DNA of 64,000 nt from an uncultured bacterium. Its GTDB lineage: Bacteria > Desulfobacterota_D > UBA1144 > Nemesobacterales > UBA2774. This document shows positions 38,019-47,653 of the stretch, one piece after another. Location: contig CAVPJU010000010.1 in the NCBI GenBank assembly GCA_963705505.1, positions 704,001 to 768,000 on the forward strand, in the 5' to 3' direction. The notes under the pieces are model-generated. The model was not told the origin of the DNA and did no database searches. It saw only the letters and a program-made list of their open reading frames with translations. The stretch's first letter is position 1, and each line of letters begins with the position of its first letter. A program made the translations under genes and the position numbers.

Positions 38019-39089
38019 TTAGAAGAGTTGAAGCTGCTTTCCGCCGGGCCTTCTGAAGTGCTCCGTAGAGAGATTCACTTTATTGCGATCGAAGCCCGCT
38101 TTCCTGCACGCGACCTCAAAAAGGTCCCGCACCTGATCCGCATATATACCTTCGCCCCTCATCCTGTCGTGGAACTCGGCACTGTTCAATTTACCTCCGC
38201 GGACAGACCTGATCCTCCCGAGCACTTTATCTTTCCTATCGGGGAAGTGCCTCTCGAGCCACGCGGCGAAGAGGTCCGATACTCCGTAAGGGAGCCTGAG
38301 CATTATAAAGCCCGCGCTCACAGCGCCCGCGTCGGAAGCACTCTTGATAATATTCGGAATCTCGTGATCCGTCAGACCGGGTATGACCGGCGCCACCATC
38401 ACGATCACCGGGATGCCGCTTCGCGAAAGCTCCTCTATAGCCCGGAGCCTCAGCTGGGGCTCGGATGTGCGGGGCTCCATCAATCCCTTCAATGCGGCGT
38501 CGAGCGTGGTTATGGAGACAGCGACGACTATGCCGTCCCACTCCGCAAATCCTTTTAAGATGTCTATGTCGCGCGTTACGAGATAGTTCTTCGTCACTAT
38601 GCCCGCGGGGTTTTTAAACTCCGACAGGACCTCGAGGCACGCGCGCGTGAGTCCGAAGCGGCGCTCCGCGGGCTGGTAGCAATCCGTATTGCCGCTCAGA
38701 GCTATCGTATCGGGGACGTATTTAGGTGATGAGAGCTCTTTTCTTAAGAGCTCCGGGGCGTCTTCCTTGACGAAAATCTTCGACTCGAAATCAAGCCCGA
38801 GCGAGAGACCCAGGAACTCGTGTGTGGGCCTCGCGTAGCAGTATATGCAGCCGTGCTCGCATCCCCTGTAAGGGTTTATCCCGGCATTGAATCCGACGTC
38901 AGGGCTGTCGTTATATGTAATTATGGATTTCGTCGCGTCCTTATAAAAGACGGTCTTCGGAGATATGCCTTCCGATATCTCTTCTTCGGAAGGCTCGTAC
39001 TCGATCTTCTCGAACCGGTTTGCGGGATTTTCGGCCGAGCCCCTGCCTTTAACGCCCGGCACCTGACTGCTCACGGATTGATACCCCAT
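38019..39089 (-). CDS. Radical SAM protein, PA0069/Rv2578c (SplB-like) family
   Basis: INPYRGCEHGCIYCYAR, TDCYQPAE, MEPR, APVIPGLTD. Confidence 0.93.
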   Translation of the reverse strand: MGYQSVSSQVPGVKGRGSAENPANRFEKIEYEPSEEEISEGISPKTVFYKDATKSIITYNDSPDVGFNAGINPYRGCEHGCIYCYARPTHEFLGLSLGLDFESKIFVKEDAPELLRKELSSPKYVPDTIALSGNTDCYQPAERRFGLTRACLEVLSEFKNPAGIVTKNYLVTRDIDILKGFAEWDGIVVAVSITTLDAALKGLMEPRTSEPQLRLRAIEELSRSGIPVIVMVAPVIPGLTDHEIPNIIKSASDAGAVSAGFIMLRLPYGVSDLFAAWLERHFPDRKDKVLGRIRSVRGGKLNSAEFHDRMRGEGIYADQVRDLFEVACRKAGFDRNKVNLSTEHFRRPGGKQLQLF

Positions 39090-39200
39090 GTGTGAGTGAT
39101 AATGAATTTATGGTTCATGTGAAAAGTATAAAAGATGCGGAAATGGATTGATATGAGCTTTTTTAACTATATGAGGAAATGGAGAAAAAACATTCAGGCG

Positions 39201-40265
39201 TCAGTGCGGTTCCGAAAATGTCTCAAGCTCTTTCACGAGCTCGTCGACTATCTCGGCTTCTTTAAATGAGCGGACGAGCTTCCCGTCCTTGTAGAGCATG
39301 CCCTTGCCGCGGCCCCCTGCAATGCCTATATCGGCTTCGGAAGCCTCTCCCGGGCCGTTCACCACACAGCCGAGAATCGCAACCTTTATGGGTCTGGGCA
39401 GCTCGAGGTCCGCTATCCTGTCCTCGACGTCCTTTACGAGCTTCATGAGGTCGATCTCGAGCCTGCCGCATCCGGGACATGAAATGAGCTCAATCCCGTG
39501 CCGCCTGAGCCCCAAGGACCTCAGGATATTCATGCCGACGGCTATCTCCTCGACAGGGTCGCCTGTAAGGGAAACCCTTATCGTATCCCCTATACCGTCC
39601 GCGAGAAGTGTCCCTATGCCTATAGAGGACTTGATAGTCCCCATCTCATAGGTTCCCGCTTCGGTGACGCCCAGATGAAGCGGGTAGTCGGTCTTCTCAG
39701 CAAGTATGCGGTAAGAAGCTATCATCTTTTTCACATCGGTCGATTTAACGGAAATTTTGATGTCTCTGAAATCGAGGTCTTCGAGTATGGCTATGTGCCT
39801 GAACGCGCTTTCAGCGAGCGCCTCGGCAGTGGGAGAGCCGTGCTTTTTTAAAATGTCTTTCTCCAGGGAGCCCGAGTTCACGCCTATCCTTATAGGTATC
39901 CCTCTTTCTTTAACGGCGTCGACGACAGCCTTTATCCTGTACTTAGCTCCGATATTGCCGGGGTTGATCCTCATGCCGTCAACGCCCTGCTTTACCGCCT
40001 CGAGCGCGAGACGGTAGTCAAAATGTATATCCGATACTATGGGTATCCTCGTCTGCTTTTTAATCTTCCCCAGGGATTTTGCCGCCTCCATGTCGGGAAC
40101 GGCGATGCGTACTATGTCGCAGCCCGCTCTCTCGAGGCTTTTTATCTGCGCGACCGTGGCGGCGACGTCTCTCGTATCGGTCTTCGTCATGGATTGAACG
40201 GTCACGGGCGCGCCTCCGCCAACCTTAATACCGCCCAAATTTATCTGCCTAGAGTTTCTTTCCAT
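39201..40265 (-). CDS. ispG: HMBPP synthase
   Basis: QSMTKT, DIHFD, RINPGNIG, RIGVNSGS, SCPGCGR, GCVVNGPGE. Confidence 0.98.
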   Translation of the reverse strand: MERNSRQINLGGIKVGGGAPVTVQSMTKTDTRDVAATVAQIKSLERAGCDIVRIAVPDMEAAKSLGKIKKQTRIPIVSDIHFDYRLALEAVKQGVDGMRINPGNIGAKYRIKAVVDAVKERGIPIRIGVNSGSLEKDILKKHGSPTAEALAESAFRHIAILEDLDFRDIKISVKSTDVKKMIASYRILAEKTDYPLHLGVTEAGTYEMGTIKSSIGIGTLLADGIGDTIRVSLTGDPVEEIAVGMNILRSLGLRRHGIELISCPGCGRLEIDLMKLVKDVEDRIADLELPRPIKVAILGCVVNGPGEASEADIGIAGGRGKGMLYKDGKLVRSFKEAEIVDELVKELETFSEPH

Positions 40266-40347
40266 ATTCCGTATTACGCGTCATTCAGGGTATTCGATAC
40301 ACCCGCTGGTAATATAGAATGCCCAAACTTTCCTGAAAATAAATGCT

Positions 40348-42627
40348 TCAATTCAGAAGCGCGGAATCTCCGCTCCCTTTCTTGCGGCTCTGGCCCTTCC
40401 CGTTCTGCTTCGCTTCGACAGGGTTCCCCTTCTCGTCGATGCCCTTTATATTCCTGCACTTGGGATAGCCGGTGCAGCCGAGGAACTTTCCGAACTTCCC
40501 GCGCCTAACGGCCATGGGCTTGCCGCACTTTTCGCACTTTATGTCTTGACGTATCTCGGGCTCGGCCTTCTCTATAACTTTTATATTGCCCTCCGGGTCT
40601 TTCTCAAAAGCCTTGGCGTTCTTGCAGTCGGGGTACCGCGTACACGCGAGGAACTCGCCCCTCCTGCTCCGCTTTATGACCATAGGAGCGCCGCACTTGT
40701 CGCACTTTATGTCTTCGCGTACCACAGGCTCGGCCTTCTCTATAACCTTTATATTGCCCTCCGGGTCGTATTCAAAGGCCTTCGCGCTCTTGCACTCGGG
40801 GTACCGTGAGCAGGAGAGAAACTCCCCGTTCCTGCCCCATTTTATTATCATGTTCGAGCCGCAGACATCGCACTTGATATCCGTGGGTATCCCGTCCCTC
40901 TTCAGGCTCTTCATGGAATCCTGCGCCTTGTCGAGCCTCGAGGAAAATCCCGTGTAGAAACCCTTTAAGAGCTCGACCCAGTTCACGTTCCCCTCCTCCA
41001 CGTTATCGAGCTTTTCCTCCATATCCGCCGTGAACTGCACGTCCATGATCTCGGGGAAACCCTGTACGAGGAGGTCGTTCACGGAGCAGCCCAGAAGAGT
41101 CGGCTTCAGCTTGTTCTTCTCTTTATTTACGTACTCCCTGTCGATTATTGTCGAGAGGATGGTCGCGTATGTAGAGGGACGCCCTACTCCCTTCTCCTCG
41201 AGCTCCTTGACGAGCGAGCTCTCGGTGAACCTCGGAGGGGGCTGCGTGAAATGCTGCTTCCCTTCGATGCCCAGGAGATCGAGCTCCTCACCCTTCGTAA
41301 GCTCCGGGAGCTTTCTCATTTCGTCCTTCTCTTTTTCTTCCTCCTCCTCTTCCATGCCCTCGAGGTATACGGCCGAGAAGCCCGGGAATTTCACTATCGA
41401 GCCCGTAACCCTGAAAATCCCCCTGCCCGCTTTAATCTCAACCGTGGTCTGGTCGTAAATCGTCGGATTCATCTGGGAGGCGACGAACCTCTGCCAGATG
41501 AGCTTATAGAGCTGGAATTCGTCATCGGGCAGGAACTGCCTGACCGAATCGGGGAGCTTGCCTACGTAGGTGGGCCTTATCGCCTCGTGGGCGTCCTGCG
41601 CCGACTTCTTTACCTTGAACGTATTGGGTTTCTGAGGGAGGTACTCATCGCCGTAAGTCTTCTTTATTATTTCCCTCGCTTCCTGGAGCGCATTTTCGGA
41701 AATCCTCACGGAGTCCGTCCTCATATAGGTAATGAGCCCAACGGGACCCTCCTCGCCGAGCTCGATTCCCTCGTAGAGCTTCTGCGCAAGCATCATGGTC
41801 TTCTTGACTGAGAACCTGAGCTTCCGCGCTGCCTCCTGCTGTAGCGTGCTTGTGATGAAGGGGGGGAGGGCGTTCTTTTTCCTCTCCTTTCTTTCAACGG
41901 AGCTGACCGTGAATTTTTCATTTTTTACGGATTCGACGATCGAGTTCGCCCGGGATTCGTTCGGTATCTCGGCCTTTTCTCCGTCATAAGAATGAAGGAC
42001 CGCCGTGAACGAGTACTCCGGAGCGTCCTTCGCCTTTTTCAGTCCGGCCTCGATGGTCCAGTATTCTTCTGTCTTAAACGCCTCTATCTCGCGCTCCCTG
42101 TCCACGACGAGCCTGAGCGCTACGCTCTGCACCCTGCCGGCGCTGAGCCCCTTCTTGACCTTCCTCCAGAGTATCGGGCTTACCTGATACCCTACGAGGC
42201 GGTCGAGTATCCTTCTCGCCTGCTGCGCCTCGAACCTGTCCTGGCTAAGCGTCGTCGGGTGGGCTATCGAGTCCCTGACGGCGTTCTCCGTTATCTCGTG
42301 TATGAGCACGCGGTGGGATTTATCCCTTATATTCAGTTTGTCGGCTATATGCCACGCTATGGCCTCGCCTTCCCTGTCCGGGTCTGAGGCCAGGTAGACC
42401 TTGTCTGCGTCCTTGGCAGCCTTCTTCAGCTGGTTCAAATATTTGCTTTTGCCCTTTATCACCACATAGTGGGGATTGAAGTCGTTCTCTATGTCGACTC
42501 CGAGCTTGCTGCTCGGAAGGTCCACGAGATGCCCCGAAGACGCCTCGACATCGAAACTCTTCCCCAAAAACTTCTTGATGGTCTTTGCCTTGGCGGGGGA
42601 TTCAACAATTATTAGAGATTTACTCAT
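40348..42627 (-). CDS. topA: DNA topoisomerase I
   Basis: IVESPAKAKTI, DPDREGEAI, SAGRVQS, ITYMRTDS, GRPSTY; three C-terminal zinc ribbons. Confidence 0.98.
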   Translation of the reverse strand: MSKSLIIVESPAKAKTIKKFLGKSFDVEASSGHLVDLPSSKLGVDIENDFNPHYVVIKGKSKYLNQLKKAAKDADKVYLASDPDREGEAIAWHIADKLNIRDKSHRVLIHEITENAVRDSIAHPTTLSQDRFEAQQARRILDRLVGYQVSPILWRKVKKGLSAGRVQSVALRLVVDREREIEAFKTEEYWTIEAGLKKAKDAPEYSFTAVLHSYDGEKAEIPNESRANSIVESVKNEKFTVSSVERKERKKNALPPFITSTLQQEAARKLRFSVKKTMMLAQKLYEGIELGEEGPVGLITYMRTDSVRISENALQEAREIIKKTYGDEYLPQKPNTFKVKKSAQDAHEAIRPTYVGKLPDSVRQFLPDDEFQLYKLIWQRFVASQMNPTIYDQTTVEIKAGRGIFRVTGSIVKFPGFSAVYLEGMEEEEEEKEKDEMRKLPELTKGEELDLLGIEGKQHFTQPPPRFTESSLVKELEEKGVGRPSTYATILSTIIDREYVNKEKNKLKPTLLGCSVNDLLVQGFPEIMDVQFTADMEEKLDNVEEGNVNWVELLKGFYTGFSSRLDKAQDSMKSLKRDGIPTDIKCDVCGSNMIIKWGRNGEFLSCSRYPECKSAKAFEYDPEGNIKVIEKAEPVVREDIKCDKCGAPMVIKRSRRGEFLACTRYPDCKNAKAFEKDPEGNIKVIEKAEPEIRQDIKCEKCGKPMAVRRGKFGKFLGCTGYPKCRNIKGIDEKGNPVEAKQNGKGQSRKKGSGDSALLN
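40561..40896 (-). repeat. 168-bp tandem duplication encoding TopA zinc-ribbon units
   Basis: ctcggccttctctataac.tttatattgccctccgggtc occurs at 40561 and 40729. Confidence 0.8.
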
Positions 42628-43011
42628 TCACCCTCCTATTCCCTATGTTTAAGCTATTTATCGAAAATTTAAGCATAAATAAAACCGTTTCAATCTTTAC
42701 CTAAAAGAATACAGGCATTTTACCTGAATATATTCCGATGCAAATAAAAGACATCGGATGCAGTTCTGCCGAAAGTTTTTATCTATTCGCAAACGCCCGG
42801 CCTGAATCTCTATTGAAAACTATATGACACAATTTGTTAGATTGTCCTCAAATTTGTCGAACATTCAAGTATGAACACCCCCGAATTGAAATCCGCAAAT
42901 GAAACACTGATTAAATTCGTACTCGACGCAGACAACGTAACAATCCATGAATAATCAAGAATTTTCCAATCTCAAATGAAGGGGCGGGAAGGGATTAAAT
43001 AAAATCCCTTC

Positions 43012-43027
43012 CGGCACAATAATTGCC
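43012..43027 (+). promoter_or_regulatory. sigma54 -24/-12 promoter
   Basis: CGGCAC-AATAA-TTGCC (GG-N10-GC) directly upstream of the LuxR-family gene. Confidence 0.65.
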
Positions 43028-43038
43028 AATTCATTTAT

Positions 43039-43650
43039 ATGGGTAGCTCTATGCCCGACAGAAAAATTAAAATAGTCCTCGTATCAAGCTCCAAGCTTTT
43101 TCTCGACGGACTGCGGAAAATCCTCGAATTCGAGGCCGATATATATGTTGCAGCCGAGACATCGGGCATAAGGGAATTGAATGCCTGCGTAAAGGAATAC
43201 AACCCGAAAGCCGTATTTATAGATAACAGAGAGGACGAGTACGACATTGAAAAAATACTGAGATCTAAAAATATCAGAGCCAGCAATACTAAAGTAATCC
43301 TTTTTACGGAGAGGGACGCGAGCGGACTCGATGCCCCCAACCTTATAAGAGTAAATCACGAAACCAGCACGTCCGAGCTTGTCAGGATAATACGGAACGG
43401 AGCCGACAAAGAAACCAAACACGAAAACCCGAAGTTAAAAGAACTGGAATTTAATAAGATCACCAAAACCGAATCCAGGATTATCAAACTGATCGCAGCC
43501 GGTGAGAGCAATAAAGCTATCGCGGAGAAGCTTGCGATCAGCGAGAAGACAGTCAAGGCGCACATCACCAACATATTCGAGAAGCTTAATATACAGAACA
43601 GGTATCAGCTCATGGTATTCGGAAGGAGAAATAAAGAGATAAATCTTTAA
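43039..43650 (+). CDS. NarL/LuxR-family regulator with degenerate receiver domain
   Basis: C-terminal HTH (GESNKAIAEKLAISEKTVKAHITNIFEKL); receiver lacks the acidic pair and the conserved Lys. Confidence 0.9.
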   Translation: MGSSMPDRKIKIVLVSSSKLFLDGLRKILEFEADIYVAAETSGIRELNACVKEYNPKAVFIDNREDEYDIEKILRSKNIRASNTKVILFTERDASGLDAPNLIRVNHETSTSELVRIIRNGADKETKHENPKLKELEFNKITKTESRIIKLIAAGESNKAIAEKLAISEKTVKAHITNIFEKLNIQNRYQLMVFGRRNKEINL

Positions 43651-43778
43651 CCGGGATTCATTTTAGTTAAAAATAAGAACCCCAGCCGGAAGACCTGCTG
43701 TAAGGGCTTGTGCAGTTCAGAGCATTGGCAAATTTTTTTGGCTGAAATATCCGTATAAATTGACCTTGTACTCTCCGA

Positions 43779-44342
43779 CTATCCCTTCTTCACCGTTATC
43801 TCCACTCTCCGGTTTTTCTGCCGTCCTTCCGGGTTATCGCTTCCATCGGGATTTTCGTTGGGGGCCACGGGGTCTGCTTCTCCCATGCCTTTTGTAGTTA
43901 TCTTTTTATTGCCGACCCCGCCCTTTTTCACGAGCCACTCTTTTACAGACGCGGCGCGCCTGTCCGAGAGCTTGAGGTTATAGGAGTCCGAGCCCTTTGA
44001 ATCGGTATAGCCCTCGATCAAAACAGCGGCATTGGGGTATTTGTTTATAACTTCCGCAACCTGGGTAAGCACGGGCTCCGCCGCCGGGCGAATATCCCAT
44101 TTATCAAAATCAAAAAGAATGTCTCCCGAGAGCTCGATCCTTATCTCGGTTTCAGTTTCCTTTACCTGCAGATCCAGGGCTTCCCCTTTTAGGTCTTCGA
44201 CTCTGAAAATAATGTCCAGAACCCGCGGCTCCAGGTCTTCTTGAGCGTTTGCAGCACCCAGAATAAAGACTGCGGGAATGAGGATACCGACGACCGAGAA
44301 CAGGCAGCCTCCTCTTTTTATCGAGCAAATCAAATTTAACAT
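43779..44342 (-). CDS. OmpA-family peptidoglycan-binding protein
   Basis: ILFDFDK, IEGYTDSKG, YNLKLSDRRA, GRQKNRRVEI; GGAGGT SD before ATG 44342. Confidence 0.92.
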   Translation of the reverse strand: MLNLICSIKRGGCLFSVVGILIPAVFILGAANAQEDLEPRVLDIIFRVEDLKGEALDLQVKETETEIRIELSGDILFDFDKWDIRPAAEPVLTQVAEVINKYPNAAVLIEGYTDSKGSDSYNLKLSDRRAASVKEWLVKKGGVGNKKITTKGMGEADPVAPNENPDGSDNPEGRQKNRRVEITVKKG

Positions 44343-44435
44343 GATAACCTCCCCGGACAGTACCTTATTCAACCCACGCCCTTATGAAGCGACGGCAGAG
44401 GACAGATCGGTCGGAACACAAGAAATCGAGCTTCC

Positions 44436-45008
44436 CTACTTGCTAATAGGAACGTCATCCATCGGAATAAAATGGGGTATCTCTACGGTTATCTTTTCTA
44501 CGCTCTCCGGAGGTGCGGGGAACTTGGCATACAGATTCGCGCGTGACCCGGGCTGAACATCCTTTAAACTGCGGCTGCACACACATTTCCCATCCGAGTC
44601 CCGCAGCACCAGGTATTTCTTTTTGCCGGCCGCATCAACCAAATTGACTCCGCCTACGCTGTTAAAATCAATGGTCCCGTACTTTCCTTCCTCCCCAAAG
44701 TCGTAACTGAAACCCATCGCCTCGGACGAATCATTGATTATCGTAAACTTTAATGTAAGTGTATTGCCGCTCGTGCGCTTAAGCTCCGTGACTTCCAGCT
44801 TTACATCCGGATATTCACCGTCCGTCGCAGCCAGAACTGATGGAGTTTTCGCAGCAGGTGTTGAAGCGGGCGGGGCTGCTTCCTCGCCTTCTTTCACCTC
44901 CTCGTCCTGGGCTTTGAGAAAGCCGCCAAAAGAAAGGGTCGTGACTAAGGAAATAAAAAATACATAAAAGAAATACTTCATCCGAATCAAACTGATTGTT
45001 AAGTGCAT
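44436..45008 (-). CDS. Exported hypothetical protein, partner of the OmpA-family protein
   Basis: Signal peptide; beta-rich domain with KKYLVLRDSDGKCVCS and AKFPAPP. Confidence 0.8.
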   Translation of the reverse strand: MHLTISLIRMKYFFYVFFISLVTTLSFGGFLKAQDEEVKEGEEAAPPASTPAAKTPSVLAATDGEYPDVKLEVTELKRTSGNTLTLKFTIINDSSEAMGFSYDFGEEGKYGTIDFNSVGGVNLVDAAGKKKYLVLRDSDGKCVCSRSLKDVQPGSRANLYAKFPAPPESVEKITVEIPHFIPMDDVPISK

Positions 45009-45326
45009 GGTACCCCCTCCCTCTTAAGTCAACTTCCCCATATCATAGCAAAATAGGGTTTAATCTGTCAATCGGCTATTTCACCCGGATGAAATCCCTC
45101 AGAATTTCTTCGCTTTATCCGGTATTTACGACTTGCCTGAAAAATAACTACCTCAGAACTATGACCTGGCTCGGAAAAGTATTTGCAGGATAAGAGTAAG
45201 AGGTTTGAATGAGATACGGTTTTACGGCTAAGACAAATTAAGCAATTCAATCTTAATCATTCGAGATCAGAAGTAGAAGAATACAGATAAGTGCTCATAA
45301 CGAAAAAACATCTGCGCTTTTTCGGT

Positions 45327-46634
45327 TCAGGACGTACCGATCCCCACGCCGAAATATTTAAACCCTATCTTTTCCAATCTCCGCGGATCGTATAGGTTCC
45401 TGCCGTCAAAAATAACATAGTCTTTCATAAGCTCCTTCATCTTGGTAAAATCGGGCTGCCTGTACTCATTCCACTCTGTATTTATAACAAGGGCGTGCGC
45501 CCCTTTGCAGGCATCGTAGTTAGAGCCCCCGTAAAGGACCTTATTACCGTAATGTTTTTTCGCATTTTCCATGGCTACGGGGTCGTGAACCACTACTTCA
45601 GCGCCGCTCGAAATGAGTTTATCTATAATATAGAGGGAGGGCGCTTCCCTTATATCGTCAGTTTCTGGCTTGAATGAAATGCCCCAGACCCCGAATCTCT
45701 TGCCTTTGAGACCGCCCTTGAAATAACCCGTGATCTTATTCCAGAATAGCTCCCTCTGTCTCGTATTCACTTCGTCGGTAGCCCTGCAGACTTTGAGGTC
45801 GTAACCGAGCGCGCTTCCCGTGTTTATAAGCGCTTTCACGTCTTTCGGGAAACAGGAGCCGCCGTAACCTATGCCCGGGAAGAGGAAGTGACGCCCGATC
45901 CTCCCGTCAGAGCCTATCGCCACTCTTATCTCCGATATATCGGCCCCTACGAGCTCGCACAGGTTGGCGATGTCGTTCATGAATGAGATCCTCGTGGCGA
46001 GCATGGCGTTCGCCGTGTATTTCGCAAGCTCGGACGACCTTATCGATACGACGATAGCCCTGTCGCTCGAGCGCATGAAAGCGGAATAGAGCTCTTTCAG
46101 AATCCCGCCGACAGCCGGCTTATCGACGCCTATAATCACCCTGTCGGGCTTCATAAAGTCCTCGACCGCGTCTCCTTCTTTCAGGAACTCGGGGTTCGAT
46201 GCGACATCGAACTCTATATCCGTAAGCTTCCTGATCTCATCGCGTATCATCTCGGTCGTCCCGACGGGCACGGTGCTCTTCGTAACGATTATCTTGTAAT
46301 CGTCCATGTTCTCCCCTATCGACCTGGCGACGCTCAATACGGCGTCCATGTTCGCAGAGCCGTCGTGGTTGGGCGGGGTCCCGACCGCGATAAGGATGAT
46401 AAAAGAGTTCTTCACCGCGTAACCGACATCGGTCGTAAAATGGAGACGCTCCTCCCTCAGGTTCTTTTTTACGATCTCTTCGAGGCCGGGCTCGTAAAAG
46501 GGCACGTGTCCTTTTTTCAAACTCTTTACTTTCTTCTCGTCGATATCGACGCAGATTACGTTGTTGCCGCTCCCGGCAAGGCAGGCCCCGGTGACAAGCC
46601 CCACGTAACCTGTACCTATAACGCTCAGATTCAT
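45327..46634 (-). CDS. ugd: UDP-glucose 6-dehydrogenase
   Basis: GTGYVG, KSTVPVGT, SNPEFLKEG, GYGGSCFPKD, FKPETDDIRE, DGRN. Confidence 0.95.
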   Translation of the reverse strand: MNLSVIGTGYVGLVTGACLAGSGNNVICVDIDEKKVKSLKKGHVPFYEPGLEEIVKKNLREERLHFTTDVGYAVKNSFIILIAVGTPPNHDGSANMDAVLSVARSIGENMDDYKIIVTKSTVPVGTTEMIRDEIRKLTDIEFDVASNPEFLKEGDAVEDFMKPDRVIIGVDKPAVGGILKELYSAFMRSSDRAIVVSIRSSELAKYTANAMLATRISFMNDIANLCELVGADISEIRVAIGSDGRIGRHFLFPGIGYGGSCFPKDVKALINTGSALGYDLKVCRATDEVNTRQRELFWNKITGYFKGGLKGKRFGVWGISFKPETDDIREAPSLYIIDKLISSGAEVVVHDPVAMENAKKHYGNKVLYGGSNYDACKGAHALVINTEWNEYRQPDFTKMKELMKDYVIFDGRNLYDPRRLEKIGFKYFGVGIGTS

Positions 46635-46799
46635 GCCGAATGCTCCTTATCAAATATCGGGAAGAACTTCATAAACGAATCATCTGGAATTGCTTTATCG
46701 CGAAACGATCAGAGCTTTAATTTAGTTCCTTTTCAGGAGTTAATCAAGGACGAGCATCGAAATGCCTTTATTTACGGCGCTTCGGATTATTTGGTCTCT

Positions 46800-47483
46800 T
46801 TAACTGACGAGCCCGTGGCGGAACCCGAATAAAATAAGCTCAGACCTGTTTTTCACCTTGAGCTTCTTAAATACTTTGTAAAGGTGAAATTTCACGGTTT
46901 TCTCGCTTATATAAAGCTCATCCGCTACGCCCTTGTTCGTATAACCGGTAAGGACGAGCTTTATTATTTTTATCTCAGTCTCCGTGAGGTCGTATATCTC
47001 CCCCTTCCCCCTGACGGTCTTAGACGGATATGCAGAACCGTCGAGCACCTTGCCCATCAGCTTCCTTTCGACCCACAATTCACCGCTGTGCACCGCTACG
47101 ACGGATTTTATGAGGTGTTTCGAATCCGTGTCCTTTACAAGATACCCCCTAACGCCCGACCTGATAGCGTTTATCAGAAGATTTTCGTTATAGTCGTTAT
47201 CTATAATCAAAATTACCTTGGCTGCCCGATTTTTTTTAGTAAGGCTCAGTATCCTTGCGAGATTGATGCCGCGGAGGTCCACGTCGAGGAGCAAAATATC
47301 GAACTCGTGCTCTTCGCAGGACTGAATGAGGTCGATGAGGTTCGAAACCCTTGAAACAACGTCTATATTCTTGTCATCCTCGAGAATCTTGGATATGCCC
47401 TCCCTCAAAAGTGGGAAATGGCATGCCACGACCGTTCTGATAGGCTTGGTATTATTAGTCGGTGCTGCTTCGGGCTGTGACAT
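46800..47483 (-). CDS. NarL/LuxR-family response regulator, atypical receiver
   Basis: LLLDVD, GVRGYLVKD, HTH LTETE...SEKTVKFHL..KLKVKNR. Confidence 0.92.
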   Translation of the reverse strand: MSQPEAAPTNNTKPIRTVVACHFPLLREGISKILEDDKNIDVVSRVSNLIDLIQSCEEHEFDILLLDVDLRGINLARILSLTKKNRAAKVILIIDNDYNENLLINAIRSGVRGYLVKDTDSKHLIKSVVAVHSGELWVERKLMGKVLDGSAYPSKTVRGKGEIYDLTETEIKIIKLVLTGYTNKGVADELYISEKTVKFHLYKVFKKLKVKNRSELILFGFRHGLVS

Positions 47484-47653
47484 CTTATCAATCCGTCCCC
47501 GGTATCGAATCCGTCAAAACGGGGAATTTATACGAATACACTACAACTACTAATAATACTTAAGATTTTATTATAATTACAATACCAAAGTCTTACAATG
47601 TCAACATACTTTGGTTTAGCAGGGTTAAAACTAAAGTTAAGGAGGATTGATTT

